DNA from: Deltaproteobacteria bacterium
GTDB lineage: Bacteria; Desulfobacterota_D; UBA1144; Nemesobacterales; CSP1-2
DNA length: 64,000 bases
Direction: 5' to 3'
Assembly (NCBI GenBank): GCA_016187835.1
Contig: JACPIY010000079.1
Coordinates: forward strand, 394 to 64,393
The notes under the pieces were generated by a model that did not search any database, had not been told where the DNA came from, and worked only from the letters and a program-made list of their open reading frames with translations. Positions 18,495 through 29,273 of the stretch are shown piece by piece. Position 1 is the stretch's first letter; the number at the start of each line of letters is the position of its first letter. The position numbers were made by a program, and so were the translations under genes.

Positions 18495-19550
18495 ATGGGT
18501 GGAAAACTCAAATTCGGAATAGCTGGCTCTGTGCCAGGGGAATCCACCGATAATTTAATTAAACAAACAAAACTATGTGAAAGGAGTGGTCTTGATACGG
18601 TGTGGTTTCCCGACCACGTGGTCTTTATGGCAAAAACCATAACACCTGAGGTCTGGTCTGTTATCACAGCCGCATCCACTCAAACAAAAAAGATTGAGAT
18701 GGGAACTATTGGCGATGCCCACCGAATTCATCCCGCGATTTTTGCCCATCGCCTTGCAACGGTTGATCACATATCAGGCGGTAGAATCTTTGTCTGCGTT
18801 GGATATGGAGAAAAGATGAATCTCGACCCTTACGGCATAAAATGGGACAAACCCCTAAGACGCGTCGTAGAATCCATAAAAATCATGCGTGCCCTTTGGA
18901 AAGGAGAACCAGTGGATTTTGACGGAGAGTTTTACAAACTGTCCGGGGCAGAGCTTAGAATAAAGCCTGCAAGAGAAAATGGTATTCCAATCTATGTAGC
19001 CGCAACAGCACCAAGAGCGCTTAGAATCGCCGGAGAGTATGGAGACGGATGGGTTACAAATGCGATGCCCTCAAAGCTCTTCATTGAAAAATCAAGAGTG
19101 GTCGAAGAAGGTGTAAAAGCTAGAAAGCAGAGCTTAGACGAGATAGAAAAGTGCATATATATATTCGTGTCAATGGCTCAGAATCAAGACGAAGCCTACA
19201 AAACGCTTGAGCCTATAAAACACGCCCTTATCTGGCCCGAGCTACTTAGCGAGGCTGGATACAATATAGAAATTGCAGACGAATACAAGGGGCTTCAATA
19301 CACAAAAATCATGCCCAATGATTCTGAGATGCTGAGAAAATTTAGAGAAATGGGAGCAAAATACTATTCAAGGGAAATTGTGCTGGATTTTGTTATTGCT
19401 GGTTCAAAGGGAGACGTGATAAAGAGAATAGAAGAATACATCGAAGCTGGGGTGAACCAATTCATCTTTAGAGATTTTAGCCCGGACCGCAAGAAATCCT
19501 TCAGGATTTTGTCTAAAGAAATCCTACCACACTTCCGGTGTAGTGGTTGA
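18495..19550 (+). CDS. LLM-class flavin-dependent oxidoreductase (luciferase-like monooxygenase family, possibly F420-dependent)
   Basis: 'KFGIAGSVPGE...LDTVWFPDHV' TIM-barrel LLM signature. Full length, with RBS AAGGAGG. Confidence 0.8.
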   Translation: MGGKLKFGIAGSVPGESTDNLIKQTKLCERSGLDTVWFPDHVVFMAKTITPEVWSVITAASTQTKKIEMGTIGDAHRIHPAIFAHRLATVDHISGGRIFVCVGYGEKMNLDPYGIKWDKPLRRVVESIKIMRALWKGEPVDFDGEFYKLSGAELRIKPARENGIPIYVAATAPRALRIAGEYGDGWVTNAMPSKLFIEKSRVVEEGVKARKQSLDEIEKCIYIFVSMAQNQDEAYKTLEPIKHALIWPELLSEAGYNIEIADEYKGLQYTKIMPNDSEMLRKFREMGAKYYSREIVLDFVIAGSKGDVIKRIEEYIEAGVNQFIFRDFSPDRKKSFRILSKEILPHFRCSG

Positions 19551-19571
19551 GTTAAAATATGGAGAGTTTGG

Positions 19572-20033
19572 ATGGCTTCACGAAAACGGGGGAACAAAAG
19601 AAGAGCAAGGGCATCAATAGGACTTAATTTATTTATGTTCCTTATCGGCTTTATTGTCGGAGTTTATTTAAGCCCTAAAATTATCAAAACCATCCCTCAA
19701 AAAATTCTTACGCATCTTGGTGTCGAAAAAACAGAACCCGTACCTCAGAGGAAAACCCTAATCAACAAACCAGCAAGTGAAAAAATCGAGGTTGAAAAGA
19801 GAATTTATTCCCTAGAGATTGCCGTTTTTAAAGATATAGAAAGCGCTCTAGGACTTCTTGATACCCTAAACACGCGCGGCTATTCCACCAATATAGAAAC
19901 CACTAACGACGGAGAGAAAATTTTATATAAAGTAAGATTAGGTTTTTGGACATCTGAAGAGGAAGCAGAGAGGTTTGCCCGGACTTTTGAGACAAAAGAA
20001 GAGATGAAGGTTAAAGTAGTCCGGCTTGAATAG
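19572..20033 (+). CDS. SPOR-domain (peptidoglycan-binding) membrane protein
   Basis: N-terminal TM helix. C-terminal 'YSLEIAVFKDIESALGLLDTLNTRGYSTNIET...YKVRLGFWTSEEEAERFARTF' is a SPOR fold pattern. Confidence 0.6.
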   Translation: MASRKRGNKRRARASIGLNLFMFLIGFIVGVYLSPKIIKTIPQKILTHLGVEKTEPVPQRKTLINKPASEKIEVEKRIYSLEIAVFKDIESALGLLDTLNTRGYSTNIETTNDGEKILYKVRLGFWTSEEEAERFARTFETKEEMKVKVVRLE

Positions 20034-20040
20034 AAGTTCT

Positions 20041-20592
20041 TTAATGCCTTATCCTTGAGATTTGATGAACAAAATCCGAGAATGGATCTCCTGAAGTCCC
20101 AGCCTGGAAATAAACCTTTCTCATGTAGTCGAGGGCGCCTGAATAGAATTCAAAATCATGTGAGAGCTTACTAAACATAATTGGGTCCCCCTTTCCCGTC
20201 TCAAGGTCAAACCTTGAGACTAAGAAATATGATCTCGTCCCCTCATTTAAGTAATAGCGGAGGTATGAATCTCTAACCACATAATCTCTAAAAATACCTG
20301 TCATAAAGAGAGTAAAGTCGCCTACGTATTTCCTCAGCTCCCTTTCCCAGTCCGATGTTTCTTGAGGATTAGTTTTGGTCTCAAGAATCATCTCTACAAT
20401 TGTTTCTACCCTTCTGCCTTCCGAATCCCTCATTCTATAAAGCCTCTCGGTCTCAGTAAAGTCAGCAAGCATATCTGTCAAGTACGATGCGACTTGGGTA
20501 TCCTTTTCCTTACCCAGATCATAAAAACTCATTCGTATAAGTTTTCCAAAAAAAGCTTTTAAGGAGGTTAAATTCATTCTCTCAATCTTCAT
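20041..20592 (-). CDS. Hypothetical protein (183 aa)
   Basis: ORF with RBS. No motif recognised. Confidence 0.4.
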   Translation of the reverse strand: MKIERMNLTSLKAFFGKLIRMSFYDLGKEKDTQVASYLTDMLADFTETERLYRMRDSEGRRVETIVEMILETKTNPQETSDWERELRKYVGDFTLFMTGIFRDYVVRDSYLRYYLNEGTRSYFLVSRFDLETGKGDPIMFSKLSHDFEFYSGALDYMRKVYFQAGTSGDPFSDFVHQISRIRH

Positions 20593-20892
20593 GGTTTCCT
20601 GTTTCCCCCTAGTTCTTTATGCACTTATTATAATACTAAATTTAACAAAGAGCCTTTAGAAATGTCAATTAGGAATTTTCTTTCCCGAGTTAGACGCGGG
20701 ACCTGATGTCTCTAGCAGAATTTTAAGATATAACGATAGGGACGGCTTTCAAAATCTGTCTAGCGTGTAGGTGAGTATAGTTATGCTCTCCTGCTTGATC
20801 CTTGGTCATAATTGCTAATCAGGTTATAATTTAGCGACTTTTGAATTTTTAGTAAAGTTAATTCCGTATGAATTGATATGAAAGGATAGAAT

Positions 20893-21324
20893 ATGGCCAG
20901 AGTTAAACTGGATTTACCCGAAAGATTTGATTTTTCTACGGAAATTTCCCTGCGCGTGAGCGACATAAACTATGGCGGTCATCTCGGACACGACTCGATA
21001 CTTTCCTTGACACATGAAGCTCGCGTCAGACTGCTCCGAAAATATGGTTTTACGGAAATAAATATTGACGGTCCTGGGCTAATCATCTATGACGCTGTTA
21101 TAGTTTATAAATCCGAAGCTTTCTACGGCGAAACTGTGAAAATTGAAGTAGCTATTTGTGATTTTAGCAAGTACGGGTGTGACTTTGTTTATAAAATAAC
21201 TGAAAAAGAAACAGGACGGGAAGTTGCAAGAGCAAAAACCGGTATCGTGTTTTTTGATTATAGAGAAAGAAAAGTGACCTATGTGCCGGAGAAATTCAGA
21301 GCGATTTTTGTTACGGAGAGTTAA
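20893..21324 (+). CDS. Hotdog-fold acyl-CoA thioesterase (4HBT/YbgC-like)
   Basis: 'RVSDINYGGHLGHDSILSLTHEARVRLL' is a typical 4HBT-family motif. Confidence 0.7.
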   Translation: MARVKLDLPERFDFSTEISLRVSDINYGGHLGHDSILSLTHEARVRLLRKYGFTEINIDGPGLIIYDAVIVYKSEAFYGETVKIEVAICDFSKYGCDFVYKITEKETGREVARAKTGIVFFDYRERKVTYVPEKFRAIFVTES

Positions 21325-21356
21325 TAGGGGCGGTTTTAAACCGCCCCAAGAGCTTC

Positions 21357-22544
21357 TTAAGCCTTTTCAACCACCATCGCTATTCCCATACCGCCGCCAA
21401 TGCAAAGCGAAGCAAGACCGCGTTTAGCTTTTCTTTTCTTCATCTCGTGGAGGAGTTTTGTCAGAATAACAGCGCCGGAAGCTCCAATCGGATGACCAAG
21501 GGCAATAGCGCCGCCATTTACATTTATTTTTTCCTCAGGAATTGGTAAATCCCTAAGAACTGCCAAGGACTGAACAGCAAAAGCCTCGTTTAGCTCGAAG
21601 AGGTCAATGTCATCTATTGAGAGCCCCGCCTTATCCAAAACCTTTTGAATAGCCGGTACAGGACCGATTCCCATAATGGATGGCTCAACTCCTGCAACTG
21701 CATAGGCAACTATAGCTCCCATTGGTTTAAGCCCGAGAGTCTTTGCCTTCTCCGCACTTGCTACAAGCATAGCTGCCGCACCGTCATTGATTCCCGATGC
21801 GTTTCCTGCGGTCACAGTTCCGCCTGCTTTAAAAACAGGACGTAATCCCGCAAGGCTTTGCGGCGTTGTGTCTCCTCTTGGGTGTTCATCCTTTTCAAAG
21901 GGGATCGGGTCGCCCTTTCTCTGAGGTATCATAACAGGAACGATTTCGTCTTTAAACTTTCCGTTCTCCATCGCCTCTTTTGCCTTCATCTGGCTCTTAT
22001 AAGAAAATTCATCCTGCTCTTCCCTTGAAATGTTGTAGACTTCTGCAAGATTTTCTGCAGTTACTCCCATGTGATAGTTATTGAAAATGTCCCAGAGACC
22101 ATCGTAGACCATTCCGTCAACTATCTCATCCTTTGGCATAGCCATCCTGTAACCATAACGGGCTTTACTAAGATAAAAAGGAGCAGCACTCATATTCTCA
22201 ATACCACCTGCTATAATAAGCTCAGAATCTCCGGCCTTAATCGCCTGTGCTGCAAGAGCAACTGACTGTAGTCCTGAACCACAAACCCTGTTAATGGTGA
22301 ATGCAGGGGTTTGGACATTAAGTCCGGCGCCCAGGGCAACCTGTCTTGAAGGGTTCATCCCCAGCCCGGCTGAGAGAATATTTCCCAATATACAGTCATC
22401 AACTTCTTTCGGGTCAATTTCAGTACGGTTTAAAATCTCCTTCACAACGGTAGACCCCAGAGTAGTAGCAGGGAAATCCTTAAGGGTTCCGCTAAACGTT
22501 CCAATTGCCGTTCTTAAAGGTTCGCAAATTACGACTTTCTGCAT
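21357..22544 (-). CDS. Acetyl-CoA C-acetyltransferase (thiolase II)
   Basis: '[11 protein letters not shown]' active-site Cys region and C-terminal '[17 protein letters not shown] ... CIGGGMGIA'. Confidence 0.9.
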   Translation of the reverse strand: MQKVVICEPLRTAIGTFSGTLKDFPATTLGSTVVKEILNRTEIDPKEVDDCILGNILSAGLGMNPSRQVALGAGLNVQTPAFTINRVCGSGLQSVALAAQAIKAGDSELIIAGGIENMSAAPFYLSKARYGYRMAMPKDEIVDGMVYDGLWDIFNNYHMGVTAENLAEVYNISREEQDEFSYKSQMKAKEAMENGKFKDEIVPVMIPQRKGDPIPFEKDEHPRGDTTPQSLAGLRPVFKAGGTVTAGNASGINDGAAAMLVASAEKAKTLGLKPMGAIVAYAVAGVEPSIMGIGPVPAIQKVLDKAGLSIDDIDLFELNEAFAVQSLAVLRDLPIPEEKINVNGGAIALGHPIGASGAVILTKLLHEMKKRKAKRGLASLCIGGGMGIAMVVEKA

Positions 22545-22697
22545 GACAATTAGCCTCCTTAAATTTTGTAAATTTCAGGTCTTTCTGGGATTGTACCCAA
22601 GAAAGGACGGGTTTGCAAAGATTGGTTAACACCCTTCTTGACAATCCACCAGCGTTTGGGTAACCCATTAGCAAATAATTTATGGGAGCAAAACTAA

Positions 22698-23804
22698 TTG
22701 CCTAAAATAACAGTTGGAGTTGTTTTTGGAGGAAAGTCAGTTGAGCATGAAATTTCACTCCTTTCGGCAAAATCAATTCTAAGAAATTTAAACTCGAATA
22801 AGTACTTAGTCTTCCCGATCTTCATCGAAAAAAACGGAACATGGCGAAAAGCCTCGGTTGAAGACTGGCTAAGGGATGGAGGGCTGGAAATATTCAGCAA
22901 CTCTTTTCTTTCGCCGTCACTAAACCCAGAAAAACCAGTATTTTACGAAATCAGAGCAAACAGAGTTGAAAGAGAGCATAAGGTTGATGTCCTCTTTCCC
23001 GTACTCCACGGAACCTACGGGGAAGACGGGACAGTTCAAGGGCTGTTCGAACTCATGGGAGTTCCCTTCGTCGGAGCTTCGGTTCTTGGTTCTTCAGTCG
23101 GCATGGATAAGATTGTAATGAAAACAATGTTTAAGGAATCTGGCCTTCCTGTAGTGAATTTCATCGGGTTCTACAGCTATGAATGGGAATCGAGAAAAGA
23201 TGAAATAAAAAAACGGCTTCTTGATGAAATCACAGTACCATGCTTTGTCAAATCGGCAAACCTCGGCTCAAGCGTCGGTATAACAAAAGTGAAATCAAAA
23301 GATAAATTAGAAGAAGCTGTAGACTATGCCTGTAATTTTTCACATAGAATAATAGTTGAAAAAGCCGTTCAAAACCCGAGAGAGATTGAAGTAAGTGTTT
23401 TGGGAAATGAAGCCCCGATTGCCTCACTTCCTGGTGAAATCGTTCCGAAGAGGGAATTTTACGACTACATCGCAAAGTACTTGGAAGAAAGCACCGAGCT
23501 TATCGCTCCGGCTAAGCTTGATAAAGAAACAGTAGAAGAACTACAGGAATATGCAATTAAAGCTTTTAAGGCTATAGACTGTGAGGGGATGGGAAGAGTG
23601 GATTTCCTATTGGAAAAAACAACTGGCGAGATTTTTGTAAGCGAGATCAATACAATTCCTGGCTTTACTCAGATAAGTATGTATCCGAAACTATGGGAAG
23701 TAAGCGGAATAACATACCCGGAGCTTATCTCAAAGCTGATTGACCTGGCGATTGAAAGGCATGAAATGAAGAAGAAATTGAGGACCGATATAGAACTGAG
23801 GTAG
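22698..23804 (+). CDS. ddl: D-alanine--D-alanine ligase
   Basis: 'KITVGVVFGGKSVEHEISLLSAKSI' N-terminus and ATP-grasp body. Confidence 0.9.
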   Translation: MPKITVGVVFGGKSVEHEISLLSAKSILRNLNSNKYLVFPIFIEKNGTWRKASVEDWLRDGGLEIFSNSFLSPSLNPEKPVFYEIRANRVEREHKVDVLFPVLHGTYGEDGTVQGLFELMGVPFVGASVLGSSVGMDKIVMKTMFKESGLPVVNFIGFYSYEWESRKDEIKKRLLDEITVPCFVKSANLGSSVGITKVKSKDKLEEAVDYACNFSHRIIVEKAVQNPREIEVSVLGNEAPIASLPGEIVPKREFYDYIAKYLEESTELIAPAKLDKETVEELQEYAIKAFKAIDCEGMGRVDFLLEKTTGEIFVSEINTIPGFTQISMYPKLWEVSGITYPELISKLIDLAIERHEMKKKLRTDIELR

Positions 23805-23808
23805 ACAT

Positions 23809-24231
23809 CTATTCTAAATTTAAAAATCTTTCCGAAATTTCAATAAAATCCTTTATATCTTGAAGCTTATTCCTGAGGATATCATAAAGAATTTCGTAGT
23901 TTAACTCTTCATATTCATGCGTTAAAACATTTCTAAACCCAACCAGCTTAGTCATCTTATCTTTCATTTCAGTCTTAATAACATTTTCTTCAGCCAATAT
24001 GACGAAGGATTCGCTCATAGTAGTTGGCTTGCGGAATCCAGAAATTGATATTATTACCTCTGCCAAATCAATTGCTGCTTGACAAACCAAGTACAAATAC
24101 CTCTCTACCGCTCCTCTCAATGTAGCATCTGTTCTTATCTCTTCTATGGAGTAATCTTGATATGACTTGAGTATGGACAAGTATTTTCTGACTAAACTTA
24201 TTTTATTTTCTGCAACGGAAAGATTTGTCAT
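23809..24231 (-). CDS. hepT: HepT-like (HEPN, DUF86) toxin
   Basis: 'RNVLTHEYEELNYEILYDIL' is the HEPN R-x4-6-H motif near the C-terminus. Confidence 0.75.
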   Translation of the reverse strand: MTNLSVAENKISLVRKYLSILKSYQDYSIEEIRTDATLRGAVERYLYLVCQAAIDLAEVIISISGFRKPTTMSESFVILAEENVIKTEMKDKMTKLVGFRNVLTHEYEELNYEILYDILRNKLQDIKDFIEISERFLNLE

Positions 24232-24234
24232 ATT

Positions 24235-24627
24235 TCAGGCTTTGGTCAAACCGTACCTGTCAAGAAGTAATTTAAAATCAAAATACTCATTCAGAATCTT
24301 CGGCTCCACTATAGCCCTAAACGGCTCCTCTTCGTAAATTAAGTGACCCTCACTTATAACATTGAATTTAAACTCCGGCATCTCTGATAAATTCAAAATA
24401 GCAATTTCAACTTTATCCGTGCCTAAAATCCTGCTCAGTTGATCCATCAACTCCAGTTTAATATCAAACATATTCTTTGGATCTTTTTCATCAAAGTAGA
24501 TCGCAAAATCATAATCGCTTAAAGGACCCGCCTCCCCTTTTGCTTGGGAGCCGAACAAGTAGACAAGCTTTATTTCGGGATGGTTTTGAAATACCTTTTT
24601 TAATCTCTTCCTTAATACTTCATTCAT
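24235..24627 (-). CDS. mntA: MntA-type minimal nucleotidyltransferase antitoxin
   Basis: 'LFGSQAKGEAGPLSDYDFAIYF' (GS...DxD NTase motif). Lies upstream of and co-oriented with hepT, with a 3-nt gap. Confidence 0.75.
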   Translation of the reverse strand: MNEVLRKRLKKVFQNHPEIKLVYLFGSQAKGEAGPLSDYDFAIYFDEKDPKNMFDIKLELMDQLSRILGTDKVEIAILNLSEMPEFKFNVISEGHLIYEEEPFRAIVEPKILNEYFDFKLLLDRYGLTKA

Positions 24628-24847
24628 ACCTTAATGATATAAGATTGAAACTTAAAAATCAAAAGATAGTCTGATTGATTTCCTTTAGGAGTTATCTTAA
24701 AATTTCTCGACAAGTAAATTCTACTTAAATACTAGAGCACTAAGGTATATAATGCTTATATGAGGGAGGATGGAAGGTTGAATGTTCCGAGGTTCGAACC
24801 CAATCTAACGACAAGAACTAAATATCACAAATAGTTAGGATACACTT

Positions 24848-25354
24848 ATGGAGAAATCAACGGCAGAGTCTCGTGTGAGACGATACATTGAAGAATGGAA
24901 GCAGAAGCTCGTTGACCTCACACGAAGAAATCGTCTCATCTATTTTAAGCGAACCAAAGGTTCAACTCTGATAATCACGCAACCCGATGTCCAGACCGTT
25001 TTTGAGCGGTTAGTAATCAAGGAGGCCAATTGGGAATTCTGGTTTCCACCATCGGAAGAAAAGGATACTGACGAAGATTCTATCCTTGATCCGTCAAATC
25101 CAAGTGAGAAAGGACAAGAATCTCAGTCTCAATCAATATTTCCAGAACAAGAAGCTACTTTCAAAGAACCTATTGTTGAAGTTTATGACCTTGTCCCTAA
25201 AAAGCCCTCCACTTCATCCAAACCCATTAGAATCAATGAACTGGTGATCGAGGGTTTGGGTAGAGAAGAACTCGAAAAAGTCATAAAGAATCTCTACAGG
25301 CGTTCCAGTTCGGACTATGAAGAGCGAGGTGTCAGAATTTCTATCTTGCACTAG
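24848..25354 (+). pseudogene. Fragment 1 of the giant helicase gene (DUF4011 N-terminus)
   Basis: See the parent entry. Ends at a TAG created by the frameshift. Confidence 0.55.
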
Positions 25355-25503
25355 GAATTTGGGAATGGAAGGAAAGTAACTCATCTGAAGTTATTCGATC
25401 TCCCTTAGTTTTAGTACCAGTAGAATTAAGTCGCGAATCTGCTCGTGAACCATTTCGCCTCTCACCTGTAAGTGAGGATGTCATCCTAAATCCTGCTCTG
25501 CAA

Positions 25504-27900
25504 GTGAAGTTACGAAAGGATTTCAATATTGAACTGCCTCCACTGCCTGACGACTGGGAAGAGGTTAGTCTTTATAAGTATTTTAATTCCGTTGCTAATG
25601 CCGGTGGAAAACTTAACTGGTCGGTAAAGTTTTTAGCACTAATAGGGCTTTTTTCATTTTACAAGATAGTAATGCATCAAGACCTAGAAGCGAATGAGCC
25701 TGTGATATCTAAACATCCCATAATTTCAGCCCTCGCTGGAGAACCCCCAGAACAAGGCATTGTCGTAGGTAGTCCTATAGATGAAAAAGAACTGGACTCC
25801 ATTCGAGAACCAGATAGGATGTTCCATATTTTGGATGCCGACAGCAGTGAGCAAGTCTGCATTGAACTTGCTCGTCAGGGACAGAGCTTTGTTTTGCATG
25901 GACCTCCCGGCACTGGGAAAAGCCAAACCATTAGCAACATCATAGCCGAGTTTATAGAATCGGGCAAAATAGTTCTTTTCATCAGTGAGAAAATGGCTGC
26001 TCTAGAAGTTGTATTTAAAAGACTGCGTGAGGCTGGACTTGGAGATTTCTGCTTGGAACTCCATAGCCATAAAACAAATAAAAGGGAAGTTATTAAAGAG
26101 CTCAACCGTAGTCTCGAAGAACGAATTGTACCAAAGAAATCAATATCAGAAATCGAATTCCAAAGACTGCTTCAGTTAAGAGATAAACTCAATAATTATG
26201 TTACTGCCCTACATAAAATTCGTGAGCCATTAGGAATAAGCGTATTTAACGCGCTTAGCAAGCTTGTTAGTCTTAGGAATGTTCAATTCGTCTCGGTCAA
26301 TATTCCAAACATTGATGCGCTAACCCCCGGAAGAATCGTGGAATTTGAAGAGTTAGTAGCACAGTTAAAAAACGTCTGGGGGGTTGCCGAAGAAGGAAAA
26401 AACTTTCCTTGGTATGGATATCAAGAATCCAGAATCACTCTTGAGTTAAAATCGGAATTGTCATCTCTTCTGGAACGGCTTTTGAACCTGGTTGAACATT
26501 TAAAGTCACTTTCAAATCAATACGCATCGTCTGTAGGACTTGACTCCGTACTAAGTCTTTCTGAGGTTGAATGGCTGGTGAAAATTGGAAATCTCCTTTC
26601 CCAAAGCCCAGAGACTAGTCCAAAATGGCTTATTGGTGAAGAACTCGATAATCTAATAAAGGAAGCTACTCAATACCAAGAATTATTCAACTCATACCAA
26701 ATAACCCTAAATTCACTCCAGAAAAAGTACGACAGCAGGTTCTTCGAGCTACCAGTTGATTTTACTTCTCATATTGAGGAAGCCTGGTCTCAAACCTCTA
26801 ACTTATTTACAACTTTTGATTTTAATGGAGCAGAGTTACTCACCCACCATGCAATAATCCTAGAATTTGTTAAAGACACGAAAACCTGTATTAAGCAATG
26901 GCTAAATGATGTCAGAAATTTAGCACGATACCTAGGTTTCGAAATTGATAATCTTAGCTTGGAACGCATAAAACAAATCGGGAAGCTTTCTTTACTTTGT
27001 TGTTCGCATACTCGACCCGAAACAAATTGGTTTGACCCTATTTTTCTTCAAAATGTTAAGAATATTTTGCCAAAGGCCCGTGAGTCCTACGTAGAATATA
27101 AACATAAGAAACAAAGTATAATGGAGCAATACTATGAAACGATTTTTGAATTGGACCTGGATAGGCTTGCACAGTGTTACAGTGGCAATTATCGAACTTT
27201 ATTTGATCTGCTAATGCCTGCCTTCTTTCACCCTTCTAAGCAAGATGCAAAAACAATAACTACTTATCATAAAACAGAACAAAATTATACTGCAGCAATG
27301 TTTTCTGCTCCCCAGTCTTATAAGGAAGATACCTATAGAAAAGGTATAGAGTTTCTACAAGTTTTTGAAAGATTCCAACAGTTGTCACGAGATTTGCTAG
27401 TAAGCGCATATGAACTCCTACAAATATTAGGCGTACAAGTAGATCACACAAATCTGGAAAAGATACGAGACTTGGCACGGTTAGTGATACAAACTGGAGA
27501 GGTAAGTTGTGAAGCAGAATGGTTAGACCCTGTCAGGTTAAAGCAAGTGGGAGCTCTTCTTCCAACCATCAAGAATGACTATCTTGATTTTAAAAAATCT
27601 AAAGAGAAATTGATGGAGAACTATGATGAGAGTTTTCTCGAAATGGATCTCGATACACTTATAGAAAAGTATAATAGTGCCTATAAAAGACTATTTCGCT
27701 TGTTAAAACCCTCCTATTACAAAGATCAAAAAGCTATAGCTCGTACAACCCGTAGCGGTAACATTCCCACATCTTTAAAGAAAGACCTTTTAGCTGCTCG
27801 CGAGCTAAAGCGACATGCAATAAGACTCGAAAAAGAACGCGAGCAAACAGCTCAAATATTAGGTCGTCTATTCCAGGGCATATTACAAACTTCGAACTGA
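25504..27900 (+). pseudogene. Fragment 2 (rest of DUF4011, Walker A, first half of the repetitive insert)
   Basis: The frame is open upstream to 25321 without an ATG. Internal ~150-aa tandem modules ('LERIKQIGKLSLLCC...NWFDP' and 'LEKIRDLARLVIQTG...EWLDP'). Confidence 0.55.
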
Positions 27901-27932
27901 TAGAGCTTGCATACAATTTAGCTTTAGAAGGT

Positions 27933-29252
27933 GTGAAAATTACTGGTTTTCCAGTTCCGCATGAATTAATAAAAGTTCTATCTTTTGACACCCAGTCTAA
28001 CCGCGAAATTATTAATCTTGGACATAAACTTATTCGCTTATTTCAAGACTGGAGCGAATCGGTACAGAATTTTACATACCTCTCTTCATATGAGCAGACA
28101 ACCATTACTGAGTCCTCTATCTTGCGAAGCTCGCTTCCGATATTTGAGCAGTGGTTGTTTAGTCTTGAGCTTCCACTTTCCGATTTAAAAGCCATAGCCA
28201 AGACAAACCATGGAGAGTCTATACCATCAACGGTACGAGAGGATCTATTAAGAGCTTATGAAGTAAAGCAGATTCAAGTTCAACTAAAAAACGAAACCGA
28301 AAATTTAAATCTTCTACTAGGGCAGTATTTCAAAGGGGAGGATACAGATTTTGATTTAATAGAAAAAGCTCTTAACATTGCAAGTGAAGCTTTGCTTCTA
28401 ATCAGACAGCCAAACATACCAAAGGAACTTGTAAATGCTATCTCATTGGGAACGATTCCCTCTCCAGAATTACAAACCGTAGGATCACGCATATTAAATT
28501 CCTTGGAGGCTTGGGAAAAATCAGCCCATGATTTAAGCCACCTAATTCCAGTAGACCGTCTACCCGGATCCGAAGCATCTATGTGGTTAAGCCCTATACA
28601 AAATTTAGAGCAGTGGGTTGACGATATCGAAACACCTCTATCCAATTTATCCTCTCAAATAGTCAATATTCTTAAAACCTGCTTCCAATTCAATCCACCT
28701 GACTTAGCAACTTTAGTTCGTGATTTACAAGCTTTAGATAACTTAAGAGATTTTGAATCCCTTATTACGAGAGAATCGGAACGCCTTCAATCGCTTTATG
28801 ATTCTTGGTTCCTAGGTGTCAATACTAAATGGAGTGAAATTGTATCAGCTCTCAATTGGACAAGAGAAATTCGTTTTTTGTTCGGCAATCGCTCTATGCC
28901 TGCTTTCTTTGTTGATCTTGCATCTCAAGGGGCAAGATCCGCCCCTAACTCGCAAGAATTAACTAAGATTTACCAAATTACTATAGAGCTTTTTCAATCT
29001 CTTCAAAGTCGGTTTGATTTACAAGAACTCGACTATAATGGAATTCCGCTCCGCGAACTAGAACTTGACCAGTTACTACAAAGACTTATCCAACTTCGTA
29101 CCAGGATTGATGAGCTACAAGACTGGATAGCATTCAAAGTACTTGAAAAACGATTTGTTGAAGTTGGATTATTCAGTTTTCTCCAACAGCTCACTGGTAA
29201 TCCCCCTCCAGCCCATCAATTATTGGATATCTTTCGAAGAGGAATCTACTAG
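27933..29252 (+). pseudogene. Fragment 3 (second half of the repetitive insert)
   Basis: The frame is open from 27762 and overlaps fragment 2's frame. Ends at in-frame TAG 29250. Confidence 0.5.
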
Positions 29253-29273
29253 GCTTGGGTTGATAGGTTCTAC

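Noticed and set aside
24770-24815. tRNA-like T-loop 'GGTTCGAACCC'
   Set aside because: No acceptor, D or anticodon arms can be paired around it. It is probably just a T-loop-like fragment.
25677-26105. Small minus-strand ORFs inside helicase fragment 2
   Set aside because: They are antisense to a conserved Walker-A region.
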